Source: Octopus vulgaris (taxonomy: Eukaryota). Taken from it: a DNA stretch of 64,000 bases. This document shows, piece by piece, positions 14,030 to 26,276 of the stretch. Numbering within the stretch: the stretch's first letter is position 1; every line of letters begins with the position of its first letter. The stretch lies in assembly GCA_951406725.2 (NCBI GenBank), contig OX597818.1, positions 26,908,001 to 26,972,000 of the forward strand. The letters are read 5' to 3'. The translations under genes were made by a program, and so were the position numbers. The notes beneath the pieces were generated by a model. It saw only the letters and a list, made by a program, of their open reading frames with translations. It was not told the DNA's origin and searched no databases.

Positions 14030-15290
14030 ATCCATAAGGTGACAAAGGTGGAGCAATAGTTATCATGGACAAGAATCATTACAGGTGATGGAACAACTCA
14101 ATGACCATCACTTCTACAAGAAGCTAAATCAAAACGAGAATAAAAATACCATGGGCAAGATACATAGACTGGTCTCAAAATATCCTAATAACCTAACTGA
14201 GAATGAAGTTAATTATTTAACCAACTTCGAAATCAAAACCAGTAACTTCTATGGCTTGCCCAAGATCCACAAATCAAAAGAAATCCAAGACAGCATAAAA
14301 GGAAGCAACTCATCATATGTCGAAATTCCAAAACTCAGAGACCAGAAACTATGCCCAATCATTGCAGGACCAGCATCCAGTACACAACGCTTAAGCAACT
14401 TAATAGATATAGTACTAAAACCTCTATACAAAATGATACCAAGTTTTGTCTGGGACGGTATGGACTTTTTAAACTACATACCTAAAACTGTCCACTAGGA
14501 GATAATTCTTGTTAGTATCGAAGTAACTAGTCTGTACACCAATATCCTACGTGACCTAGGAATTGATGCTATAAATTTCTGGTTAAGAAAACACCCAAAT
14601 CATATCATAGAAAGATTTTCAAAAACTTTCATTTTAGAAGAATGAAAATTAATACTGGAAAATAATCACTTCTTCAACAACAACTTCTACTTATAAATAA
14701 AAGGAACGGCAATGGGTAAAAAAGTAGCTCCCGCCTAAGCAACACTTGTAATGGGCTTATTAGAGGTCAAACTGTATTCCCAACTAACAGAAACATTTAA
14801 CGAACAATTCTCCATCTATATTAAAAAAAAACAACAACTGGAAACGGTACTTGGATGACTGCTTTATATTCTGGACCAAAAATCAATAAGATTAGGAATC
14901 TTTCAATCACTTTTAAATAATTTACATACTTCAATAAAGTTCACCATGGAACAACACATAAAGGAATTACCATTTTTAGACATACTTCTAATTAAAGAAA
15001 ATAACACCATAAAAACAGATCTCTACTACAAACCTACAGACACACACCAATATTTGAATATTCATTCCTCCCATCCTTCACATACCATAAGAAACATACC
15101 CTTTAATATGGCAAAACAAATTTGCACAATAGTAATAGATGCAGAATTAAGGGATAAAAGATTACAGGAATTAAAAATATTTCTAAAAGAACAAAAATAT
15201 CCCACTAGTTTAATTGACACAGCAATCACTAAAGCAAAAAAACATCCCAACTACAGACCTCTGAGGAAAACAAACACAAAAATAAAAATG
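14030..15290 (+). mobile_element. Penelope-like retroelement reverse transcriptase pseudogene
   Basis: DKGGAIVIMDK, FYGLPKIHK, CPIIAG, SLYTNI, GTAMG, RYLDDCF, LPFLDILL, DLYYKPTDTHQYL; several stops and frameshifts. Confidence 0.88.
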
Positions 15291-15296
15291 AATTCA

Positions 15297-15950
15297 TAAG
15301 TTGAGCAGCAAATCTGCATCAAATTTTGCCAAAAGCTTGGTGATACCTGCTCAGGGGCCTATACAAAGTTTTTAAAAAGTTTTCATTGTTCTTGACACAA
15401 TCAATGAGATCTTGTGAAACTGAAACCCAAGTGTCTTTTTATTCAGCTGAAAGCAGTTATGGCACAAACTTGGCAGACATGTACCTCATACCTAAATCTT
15501 CAGTGATAATGGATTGAACTAATCTGCACATCTTCTGATAACTCACAGATGTTAATTCAACAATTTCCCCTCACAGCTGCATGCACATTTACAATGTTTT
15601 TCTCAGTTCTGCTAGCTGTGGGTCTTCCAGAACGTTTGTATATAACAAAATTTTTACAGCCATCTTCAAAACATCTGAACCACTCGCACACTTGTGTGCA
15701 GTTCATACACTCCCCTCTATACACTTTCTGCAATTTTGAGTAGGCCCCTGAGCAGATATTGTCATGATAACTTTCTCTGTCATGGTCAATGCGATGATCA
15801 TACGCTATGCACCTTCCTTCTAAGCTCTGCTGTAAACAGTAGAAGTGAGCTAGAAAGTTAAAACTTAGTGTGCATGCACAGCAGAGTTCAAGGTCAATAT
15901 ATGTCAAATGTTGTCACTCTGCATGCTTTAGCTTTATTACTATAAGCAAT
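15297..15950 (-). mobile_element. Mariner-family transposase relic with a short inverted piece at 15297-15380
   Basis: Minus strand: LQKVYRGECMNCTQVCEWFRCF...RSGRP (mariner HTH); plus strand: EQQICIKFCQKLG. Confidence 0.75.
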
Positions 15951-16038
15951 ACTCCAGATGCTTATTGATGAGACCTCACATGTATGTATGTGTGTATGCA
16001 TGTGTACATATGTACATGTATGTGATTTTGTGTGTATA

Positions 16039-16345
16039 TCATCATCGTCGTCGTCGTTTAACATCTGCTTGCCATGCTGGCATGGGTTGGACGATTTGAC
16101 TGAGGACTGGCGAACCAGATGGCTGCACCAAGCTCCAATCTGATCTGGCAGAGTTTCTACAGCTGGATGCCCTTCCTAATGCCAACCACTTCGAGAGTGT
16201 AGTGGGTGTTTTACATGCCATCTGCATGAGAGCCAGTCAGGCAGTACTGGCAACGGCCATGTTCAAATGGTGTTTTTTATGTGCCACCTGCACAGGAAGC
16301 AGTCCATTAGCACTCGAATATTTTTTCACATGCCACTGACACAAG
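16039..16345 (-). mobile_element. RTE tail insertion
   Basis: Reverse complement of the family tail; related short copies at 11328-11428 (-), 12283-12376 (+) and 61358-61395 (-). Confidence 0.75.
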
Positions 16346-17079
16346 TGCCAATAAAGAGGAGTAAGAGAGAGGGAACGGTGAAGGAGAGAGGAGAAGAATA
16401 GGGAAGGGTGGGAGAGAAAACCAGAAAGGATGATGAACAAGAGAGGGAGAGAGCTTCACCGTTCCCTCTCTCTTACTCCTCCTCCTCGACTCTCTCGTCA
16501 CTGACACCTGACCAGAGGGAAGCCATCTTTCCAACTGCTATCTTCAACAAGACAAGATGGCATATCCTGTCCCCCTCATAAGCTGTCTCATTAATGTGTT
16601 CAGAATAATTTTTCCATCGTCTTGGCTTAACAGCCCTCATTGTTTGTTTTTACTGTGTTATTCTCTTTGTCCTGTCTTTTACTGTTTTTACTTGTATTGT
16701 TTTTACTGTTTTGTTTTGTACTTACTGTCCTGTTCTTGTTACCACTTTCACCCTCCGCAAAAAATCCCAAATTTTATTTAATTTATTTTGCGGGAAGGAC
16801 TATTTCAACGAAGTCGCATCTTCTCCTTACCTTCGAAATGCAGAGTAGACAAAACAGGGACAGCTGAAGAAGGGGAATATTTCTTGTGTTGTATGTCTTG
16901 TACTCTGTTTTTTTTTGTTGTTTGAAAAAAATTTGTTTCCCTGTTTTTGTATTTATGTTTTCGTTTCTCATTGTGTTCAACATTTTTCTGATGTCCTGTA
17001 CCCATATATGCATGTATATATACATATAGATGTAGGTATGTACAAATATGTATGTATATATGCATATATTTATATATTA

Positions 17080-17457
17080 CTAGCAGTATCGCCCAGCGTT
17101 GCTCGGGTTTGTTTCGACCCTTTAGAATTGGAATTTTTGAAAATTAAAAATTTTGCATTATGTAGCTTGTTATTCTCTTTAAGTGAACATTTTTCTGGTT
17201 GAAAAATGGTGACACAACAGTAAAAACATCGTAAAAATAGGGATTTTCATAGAAAAAAAGCACCTTTTTGATGTAAGTAATTTTTGGTCTTAACATATCC
17301 GATTTGAATTTTATCTTCTATGGAATGAAGAGCAAGCCTTCTTCTATCATACTCTCAATTTTGGTTAACTTGTACCGCAGGGTCTCGGGGGAAATAGTGT
17401 TAGTTGAAGGCTACCAAACCTGCCACACACAGACAACTTCAGTTTTATATATATAGA
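17080..17457 (-). mobile_element. Non-autonomous Helitron
   Basis: Minus strand begins TC(TATATATATAAAA) and ends CTAG, with subterminal hairpin CCCGAGC-aac-GCTGGG; inserted between A and T with no TSD. Confidence 0.75.
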
Positions 17458-18282
17458 TTTATATTATTATATGATCGAATGCCACGCATCCTTTTCCAAG
17501 CAAGTTTTATCTATATATATATGTAAATGGATAAATGAATTAACCTTTGTTTACAGTTTACATGGAAAATTCAATAAGCAGTCATCAAAATTGTTATAAT
17601 GTCTTGTTGTTGAGATAGGTTCTCTTTCTTTTCGGATGAGAAGATTACATTATTTTACACCATTTATTCCTTTGGAATAAAACCAATGTTGTCTTCAAAA
17701 CATGTCAAAAGTAAAAGAATTTGAATAACGCCTGCGTTCAACTCCACTTATTTACTTATATATATATATATGTATGTATAATTTCAAATTAATAATAAAA
17801 GGGTAAAATTAACTAATTAATCAATCAATTAATTAATAATTTTCCGCAGTAGATCAGTATGTTAGAATAACTTTTATAGGTAAAATTATACAAATATTCT
17901 ATGATTATAAACATAATTATAATTAGGGCTCAGCTAATTGCTTCACCACATACCAAATTTAGAAATAGAAGTTAAAAATCCCTTTTCTACTTCTGTAAGA
18001 ATCTCCACTACAGTAAAACATTTTTTACATAGGCAAAGAGAAAAACAATGAATCAACATGACTCCAATTAGCCACAGGCATGTTTAAAGATTAAAGTATT
18101 TTAAATTACTTTTCTCTTCAGTGTAGCATTTCCAATAATAGAATTTGAAATTGCTAGGGTTAAATATGCACACGATCATGTGCATATTTAACTCTAGCAC
18201 TAAATTCTAAATTCGGTATGTGGTGAAACAATTAGCTGACTCCTGATTATAATTATGTTTATAATTATAAAATATTTGTATA

Positions 18283-18314
<32 letters not shown>

Positions 18315-19165
18315 ACCTGTGGAAGAGGTAGAGCCAGGAAAACCTGGGACGAGGTGGTGAGGCACGACCTTCGAACTTTAGGTCTCACCAAGGAAATGAC
18401 GAGAGACCGAGACCTATGGAAGTATGCTGTGCGTGAGAAGACCCGGCAAGACCAGTGAGAACAGTCAAAATCAAACCAAATCAAATCAGATATCAGAAAG
18501 CAGAACCAAAATTGAGGTCGATCAACATCAGTGGAAATTGCAGCTCTGGTTAAGCGAACCATCTGATCGTGGCCGTTGCTGGCGCCGCCCCATCTGGCCT
18601 CCGTGCCGGTGGCACGTAACAGCACCATCCGTTCGTGTCCGTTGCCAGCCTCGCCTGGCCCCCGTGCCGGTGACATGTAAAAGTACCATCCGCTCGTGTC
18701 TGTTGCCAGCCTCGCCTGGCCCCCATGCCGGTGGCATGTAAAAGCACCATCCGCTCGTGTCCGTTGCCAGCCTCGCCTGGCCCCCGTGCCGGTGGCACGT
18801 AAAAGCACCATCCGCTCGTGTTCATTGCCAGCCTCGCCTGGCCCCCGTGCCGGTGGCACGTAAAAGCACCATCTGCTCATGTCCGTTGCCAGCCTCGCCT
18901 GGCCCCCCGTGCCGGTGGCACGTAAAAGCACCATCTGTTCGTGGCCGTTTGCCAGCTCCATCTGGCACCTGTGCGGGTGGCACGTAAAAAGCACCCACTA
19001 CACTCACGGAGTGGTTGGCGTTAGGAAGGGCATCCAGCCGTAGAAACACTGCCAGATCAGACTGGGCCTGATGCGGCCTTCCGGCTTCACAGACCCCAGT
19101 TGAACCGTCCAACCCATGCAAGCATGGAAAGCGGACGCTAAATGATGATGATGATGAATGATGAT
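18315..19165 (+). mobile_element. RTE LINE 3' end with a 61-bp tandem array in its 3'UTR
   Basis: [22 protein letters not shown]...TRQDQ* is nearly the same as the 51033 copy; shared tail ending (GAT)n. Confidence 0.88.
18601..18995 (+). repeat. GC-rich 61-bp minisatellite, ~6.5 copies, each with a CGTGCC-ggt-GGCACG hairpin (degenerate in some units)
   Basis: Unit starts at 18601, 18662, 18723, 18784, 18845 and 18907. Confidence 0.9.
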
Positions 19166-19504
19166 ATGTATATATAATGTTTAATCATATCAAAGGGAAA
19201 TGGAATTTAATTAAATTTAAAATATTCAATCAAAATTTACATTTCCAGTAGTCTAACGTGCAAAAAAATTAGCCAAGAAGACTATATATTAGTTATACGA
19301 TATAGTGCATATTTATACAGATAAGGAATCCACTTAGTGTGAGATTCAACACATTAGAGAGAACATCTAGGTTCTATAAACCTCAAAAATAACGGATAAA
19401 AATCTCTAACGGATAATTCTCTCTAATGTGTTGAATCTCACACTAAGTGTATTCTTTATGTGTATAAATATGCACTATATCGTATATATATATAATATAT
19501 AATG

Positions 19505-19780
19505 AAATTATTGTATACAGTGCTCAGGTGCACCACAACTTGTCAGAAAGTGCATATAAAGTAAATGCAGTAATGTAGAAATGTCTGGAAAGCGAACAAT
19601 GTATGAGTCAGATACATGCTTGTGTGTGTATGGAGGGGAGAAAATCAAGTGTAGTGTTGGCGAATCTCAGGAAGCATGGAAGTTTTGAAGGATGCAGTGC
19701 TCCGACAACTAACAACTGATGCCGGCAGTTTGTTCCATGCTTCAGCAACTCTCAGCGTGAAAAAATGTTTCCTGAAGTCA
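19505..19780 (-). mobile_element. CR1-clade LINE 3' end
   Basis: DFRKHFFTLRVAEAWNKLPASVVSCRSTASFK, a typical CR1 ORF2 C-terminus, then 3'UTR. Confidence 0.75.
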
Positions 19781-20070
19781 TATATATATATGTGTGTGTG
19801 TGTGTGTATGTATACAAATGTATATATATGTATATGTATGTATATATATATATGTTTATATTTGTATGTATGAGTCTGTATATGTGTATATATGTACATA
19901 TATATATATATACGTGTGTGTGTGTGTATGCATGTATGTATATGTACGGATGTATGCATATATGTGTATGTACATGCAAAGGTATAAAGGTTAAGAGGCA
20001 AGTAAGTATGTGTGTATATGTACACATATGTATGTCTGTCTGTATATATATATATATACATAAATGTGTT

Positions 20071-20101
<31 letters not shown>

Positions 20102-20634
20102 GTACACCATACCACCTGTGAGAACTGAATAGATGATCTCAAATCAACAGGTACCACACAAGTCATCTTTTGGCAAGAATACAACACAATATTGACCACT
20201 ACAAAATATTCCATTTCTTTATTCTTGCTGGACTTAACTCTCCTCCCCACTGTTCTCAGTTACTATTATTCTTATCTTTATTTTTATTTCTGTTTATATA
20301 CTCATTTTTCTTTTTTCTTTGTCATTTACTCTTCTTCTTCTTCTTCTTTACATGCTTTTGTAATTGTATATATATATTCTTTTATATTTTCCCCCTTTTT
20401 TTTGTGTATATATATATATATATTTGTATGCATACTTGTAAGAAAAAATCTTTTGCTATTTAAGAAACCAGTGAAACATACAGTTTTCAGTTTGAAAACA
20501 GCTACGAGAAGCTTGGAACTCATATCAGAGTAACTCGCTGTAAACATCATTATTAAGATTAAAATAAAAATTGTTCCCTCAAAGAAGCCATCTCTCCTCA
20601 TTCTTTCAAATACATATATATATATATACATACA

Positions 20635-20684
<50 letters not shown>

Positions 20685-21030
20685 GATATATGTGTGTATA
20701 TGTATATGTATATGTGTGTGTGTGTGTATATATATATATTTCGTTTTTGGATTTGGTTTGCAAGATTCTTTATATGAGTTCGTGTGTGAAGCATATTCTG
20801 TTGTGTCTGGGGAGAGGCATTTTCTTTTTGTGCCTTATAATTTAACACACTCACTGGTAAAATTTCCACTTATTTCTTATTTTTATTTTCCTAAAATTTT
20901 CGTTGCATCTTGCAGACTTTTCAATAGTCTTGACTATTGAAATTTTACTGGTGAGTGTGTTAAGTTATAAGGCACAAAAAGAAAATGACTCTCCCCAGAC
21001 GCAACAGTATATATATATATATACTTGTAT

Positions 21031-21790
21031 ATCACCATCATCATCATTTAATGTCCATTTTCCCTGCTGGCATGGGTTGGATGGTTTGACAGGAGCTGAT
21101 AAGTCAGGAAATTGAGTCAAGCATGACTGTTGGTTTTAGCATGGTTTCTATGGTTTGATGCCCTTCCTAATGTCAACCACTTTTGTAGCAGTAGTATTGG
21201 TGAGGTTAGCAACTAATTTACAAGACAGGATCCCCTCAATTGAGGTGGGGAATATTATTGATGAGAAGTTAGAGTATGATAGAAGGACAGAAAGAAGTGT
21301 TTTGTAGTAAAGGAAATACATGGTTACTTTAGTTGGAGAGAGAGAAAGAGAGAAGAGGAGAAAAATGTGATGGTAAGGTGCACACTGAAGAAGCAGCGAG
21401 ATGTATGTAATTGAAGTGGGTTTAAGAATTGAATAGAGTGGGTAGGTACTTTTGTAAGATTGCAAAAGGAGGCTGAGAGTTGGAGGAGAGAGAATGCAGT
21501 GAGTGAACACAAATAGAGGGAGCGGGTGTTAAGAGTATCTGTTGTGGAGAAGAAATTTAACAGGAATACATTATGTGCAGGTTGGTTTGCAAGGGTGTGA
21601 ATGGAGAGTGGAAGATAGAAACGGGGGAAATACAGCAAATGGTGGACTCAGGTGGGGGGACAAGTGAAGTTTTAGGAAGAGGTTTGTCAGGGACAGATTG
21701 TGAGCAGAGGCATGGACATAAATGATATGCCTTTATGGCCTCAGTCTTACTTAGCTGGACAAGTCTTCTCAAGTACAGCAAATTGCCAAT
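21031..21790 (-). mobile_element. RTE LINE 3' end (tail + purine-skewed UTR)
   Basis: CATCATCAT-TTAATGTCC...GCTGGCATGGGTTGG...GATGCCCTTCCTAATG, the reverse complement of the family tail. Confidence 0.65.
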
Positions 21791-23029
21791 CATCTCAGTC
21801 CTTTAATCATCATCATTTCACATTTTTTCCCCAAAAATTTACTTTGTTTTGGGTAGGTCTTTCTATCATGGTATTTCCTCATCTGTTGCAATCCTTTGTT
21901 TAGTCTTTCGTTACATTCAGCCTATTTGAGATAATATTAGTTTTTTCCCATGTCTCCCTTTGTCTTTGTTTCCCCACAGATTCCTACTCTTTGGATCACT
22001 TGACATTTCTTTACCCTTTTGTCATTCTCCATATACATCACATGTCTATTTCATTCCTAATCTGGTTACTAGTCCCTCAGAGCATTCACCTACAAATTAG
22101 ATCACATTGGCAAGAGCAGCTATTAGGGAATCTTAGGAGCATTCAAAAGATTTTATTTCATGGTTACACCTAATAACAAACACTCCTGTGCATCTGCGAT
22201 ATACAAAGACAACCTTCTTTGTCAGCTTTCCTGTGATTTCACTATATGTCTTGTGCTCACATGCTTCACATTAGTTTTTAGTTATACCCAAGGTGGTAAC
22301 AGATTATGCTAAGAGTCATGGTCTTGTTAGAACTGCTGTACTGAATGTTGATAATAAAATTAATCAACTCTGTTGTGTGTCTGATGTAATTAATAGATAT
22401 ACTTAAATCTTATATGTATAGTATTAAATTATATAGAAAATCTACATCCATCATACTTTAAGTCTTATAAATCCAATTCATGTTTACCCATAACCAGATT
22501 ATATTTATCCGTAAATAACTGAGGTCTCAGAAAAAACTGACTAAGGTGTAGCAAATTGGTGTTATTTATCATTCTTGAATGTAAATCAAACAAATATTTC
22601 TGCATATGCTGCCATTACAAAGTAGGCATGATTTAATTAGATTCATACCTAACTCTAAATAATGAATCTGGTCTTCATTTATCATATGGAATTTTTTGGA
22701 AAAGTGCTTACCACCAAATAAAATTTGATAATTTTCAGGATTGAATTAACATGGCTATTGGTTTATTGAGATAAATATAATGCTGTATGGCAAAAATTGT
22801 ATCATTTATCAAAATGCAATAGAAAAGATATTAGTGGCATGTATCAATAATAAAATAGTTTATCAGAATGATGTATGTTTTAAGTGTAGCACCCCAGGAT
22901 TAGCTGAACTTAAAGGCTAAGATTATGTCGGATCATTTGAAAAAGTTGGCTTGACTGCCAACTAAGAATAATAAATATTTATACAAGCTAGTATAATGGC
23001 AAGAAGCAAGATGCAATTTGGAAGAAATG

Positions 23030-23946
23030 TATCTTGAATGATAGAAACATACTTCTTTATTGTTGATGAAAAGAAAGAGACATGGAAATGCTATTACGAG
23101 AGGTTGTTGAATGAAGAAAATGCATGGGGAAAAGAAGCTCTACTACATGTTGACTCAACAGACAAACCAGTCATTTAAGTCAATAAGAATATGGTAGAGA
23201 GTGAGAGAGCATTCAAGAATATGAAGGTAGGTTAAGCAGCTGGTCTAATGGGAATAGTATCTGAAATGCTTTAAATATCTGGAGAAGTAGAGCACATGTT
23301 AGTCACTTCAATAGAGGACAGTATCATACCCAGTTACTGATGTGGCAGTATCATTGTAAACTACTGCAAGGGCAAAGGAGATGCACAAGAGAGCAACAAT
23401 AGCAGAAGCACCAAAGTATTAAACAAGATTATGAAGGTTGCAGAAAGAGTTATAGCATAATTGGTTAAGAACAGAATTAGCCAACATGAGATACAGATCA
23501 GGTGTATGCCTGGAAGAGGTAACACTGATACCATCTTGCTTGTTAGACAACTGAGAGAGAAGTATTTAGCTAAGAATAATCTGCAATATCTAGTATTGGC
23601 TAACTTAGAGAAGGCCTTTGGCAGTATGTTATGCTCTGTAACTTGATGGTCACTAAGAAAACTAGGTGTAAATGAATGATTTGTGAATGGTGTACAAGCC
23701 ATATACAGGAGTCTAATTTGTAGAGTGAGAGTCAGCAGTAAGTTCAGCAAAGAATTTACTTAGAGGTTCATTAGGGCTAAGTTCTTTGACTCCTCCTGTT
23801 CGTTATAATCATACAGAAGAATTAGCCACATGACACATATAAGCAACTTGCCTTTGGGAATTGTAGCTCCCAATGGAAGGTACCTTGGACTATGACAATC
23901 TATCCATCTCATGCCAGCATGATAAACAGACATAAAATGATGATGA
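23030..23946 (+). mobile_element. Degenerate RTE LINE RT fragment plus tail
   Basis: MPGRGNTDTILLVRQLREKYLAK...ANLEKAF; tail CATGCCAGCATG...ATGATGATG. Confidence 0.75.
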
Positions 23947-24619
23947 TTGCCAAACAAATATCTGCTGTTGCAACATTTCTTTAGTGCAGCTTTGATGTGA
24001 TATGGTGACCAAAGTCCTTTCCATCCTGATGAACAAAGTCTACGTTTCTTGAACACACCTTACAAATATACCCATATGTGCTGCACCTAGCACATTTGTG
24101 ACTGAAATTTCATTTGTATATTCAATGTTTTAAATTCTACACCAGTTTTACTCAGCACAGGCTTTATGAAGGCTCATCTCCAAATCTTTGCCATTAGAGA
24201 TTCATCCATTGTTCTGGCACATATCACATACCTAGAAACATTTTGACTTCCACTGTACACAAATGGTTATGTTAAAATGCAAGCCTTGTCTAAATCAATA
24301 ACAAACCTTTTTCACATACTTTGGTATGAGCTGAAAAACAGCTTGAATCCCAAATTATGCAATCAGCAGTGCGCTAACAAAGAGGATATCAACACAATAG
24401 AAAATTACATATTTAGGCGAACTGCTAAAATGCAGGAAGAGCCAACAAATACAAGAAATTCCCTCATAATGTAGAAAGGATGACCTGCATTTGAAACCTA
24501 TCAGTTCGATTTCACCCCAAATTGTTGACAAGCTCACATGGACACAATATCCCAGTGAAATTAAATGCGTTAGGATATGAGTCAATATAAGCAACTCGGT
24601 ATATTTATTTATTCTAGCA

Positions 24620-25010
24620 AACTACAAGGGAGCCCCCATGATGTCACTCGAGCTGTAGGAAAAGCAGCCAAACCTCTAAATCACACCCTAAGATCTTAAA
24701 AAGAAGGTAAGACACATCAGATAACGTCATCATGGATATCACTAATTAAAACAAAATCCTCAGGGTTGAACGACCTAGATCTAAAGATGATCCCGAAGAT
24801 GTCTGGGTTTTTTTTGTATATACGAAAGAAATTGTAGAGTAAGCAAAATGGATACAGCAGCCAAATTTCCTTCAAATAAACATCCTACCATAAAATAAGT
24901 AAATAAACAAACAAAACGATGTCTTTCTTGAGATATATTACATCTAAAAGACAAGGTGAACCGTCTTTACCCATAAGTCTGCCTGTCCGGGATGACCTAA
25001 ACTAAACACA
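24620..25010 (+). repeat. Dispersed repeat family (AGCAGCCAAA...TCAAATCACACCC...GGATGGTCATGG)
   Basis: Related degenerate copies at ~1590-1720, 2500-2680 (-), 5730-5880, 32860-33010, 36870-37160 (-) and 47230-47420. Confidence 0.5.
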
Positions 25011-25188
25011 TTATACAAACTTAAGGTATATTTTAGAATTCTTAGATTGCAAATGCTTATGGCAAAATCACTCCGCACAAAATCCTATTTTTCGTTTCCC
25101 ATAAGACCAGTAACCTCGTTTCTAAGAGAGAACCAATAACTTAAGAGAATAAATATAACGAAACAAAAGAAATTTTTTTTCACACTCA

Positions 25189-25263
25189 TCACACAGAACG
25201 ATAGAGAGAGAGAAGCGGATATGACGTATCTGCATTTCCGGAATAGTTAACTTCTTACACGTG
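25189..25263 (+). promoter_or_regulatory. Promoter cassette A: ETS/CRE-like CGGATATGACGT, reverse ETS ATTTCCGG, E-box CACGTG
   Basis: CGGATATGACGT 25216-25227 and CACGTG 25258-25263; same order and spacing as the cassettes at 34674 and 37308. Confidence 0.65.
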
Positions 25264-25444
25264 CTGTTCCGAACTTGGTGTCCGAAGAAAATTTGCTAAA
25301 ATATAGCAATATATTTGTTAGCTGAGTGTTTTGTTTCTTTTAAAACCTCAGCATACCAATTTGTCTTCTTTGAAATATATAAATTCAGCTTATCAACGGA
25401 GAAAAACGAAACAAAAAAAAAAAATTGAGGATTATCAAAAAAGT

Positions 25445-25492
25445 ATGACAGCGAAGGTTAATGAAGATTCAAAAAAGAAAATAAAGAAAAAA
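25445..25492 (+). CDS. DDX21: Candidate alternative first coding exon A of the DDX21-like gene (MTAKVNEDSKKKIKKK)
   Basis: 16 codons then GTTGGT at phase 0; homologous to the exons at 34908 and 37506; purine at -3 (agtATG); no ATG between the E-box and this ATG. Confidence 0.55.
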
Positions 25493-26049
25493 GTTGGTAT
25501 TATTTTTTATATATAAATATATTTTAACGTTCCTTTGTTATCGAAAAATGTAATTGAACAACTTAAAACCGCTATTTTATTCAATGTACTAGTAATGAAA
25601 ATTCTAGAGAATTCATTTGGATTTAAGTATGTATAACTCTAGCGTGCGCCTTCTATCAATTTTTCTGTACCCACGAGGTTTCTGAAGACTGCACCGACTC
25701 AAGTTATCTTGAAGTGACGTTCGATTGCCTTCAATTTTTATTTAATAGTAAAAATATTTTTAGAACATATTATTTCTACGTGATTGATAATGAAAGCCTT
25801 ACATTTTCCTCCAAGGCCCTCTTGTACATGATACCGTTACTAATAAAATTATAACTTTGCATGAGGGCCGCGTTACTTTCATGGCTTCTGCACCAACAAA
25901 ATTCTTGCAGATGTGTTGGAGACAGCGTCTGATATCTAGTGCTTAGTGCGATAGTTCTCTTTAACTCTTTTATGAATATTTGACGACTTCTGCTTTCACT
26001 TTCTAATCCTAAAGCGAGAGAATATGAAACAAATATCCCTTCTCCATTA

Positions 26050-26273
26050 CGGTACTATTTAAGAAAAGTGGTCCCGGTGCGCGCTAACTAGTCGTGACTA
26101 GTCGATCTTCCAACGACCACATAGCAAAGTAAATAAAACAGGAAATAAATAATTTTTTTACACAAAGTAAATAAAACAAAAACACAGTGAGGATCGACTA
26201 GTCATGACTAGCGAGCGCGGATGCACGAGTACGTGAGTGCGCGCACCGGGACCACTCTTCTTAAATAGTACCC
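26050..26273. mobile_element. CpG-rich MITE, PIF/Harbinger (Tourist)-like
   Basis: TIR (G)GGTACTATTTAAGAA(A/G)AGTGGTCCCGGTGCGCGC at both ends, inner IR CTAGTC.TGACTAGTCGATC, flanked by TTA and TAA. Confidence 0.7.
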
Positions 26274-26276
26274 TAA

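Noticed and set aside
18601-18995. Regular palindromic 61-bp repeats resembling a CRISPR array
   Set aside because: Units are contiguous with no unique spacers, lie in a LINE 3'UTR of a eukaryote, and no cas genes are present.
18200-19121. Long ORFs (up to 264 aa) over the 61-bp array
   Set aside because: By-products of a GC-rich tandem repeat that is open in several frames.
19645-20940. Many Y/I/H/T/C/V-rich ORFs
   Set aside because: Translations of (TA)n/(TG)n microsatellites; only the CR1 C-terminal remnant is meaningful.
11998-22410. Scattered plus-strand exon-like pieces (11998-12031 SDLFEGRNDYK; ~20465-20530; ~22282-22406 IPKVVTDYAKSHGLVRTAV)
   Set aside because: Plausible splice sites but no recognisable protein and no consistent chain could be built; left uncalled.
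23960-24240. Minus-strand coding-looking stretch upstream of cassette A, and a similar one at 29345-29610
   Set aside because: Stops in all frames and no recognisable homology; could be lncRNA or pseudogene but is unsupported.
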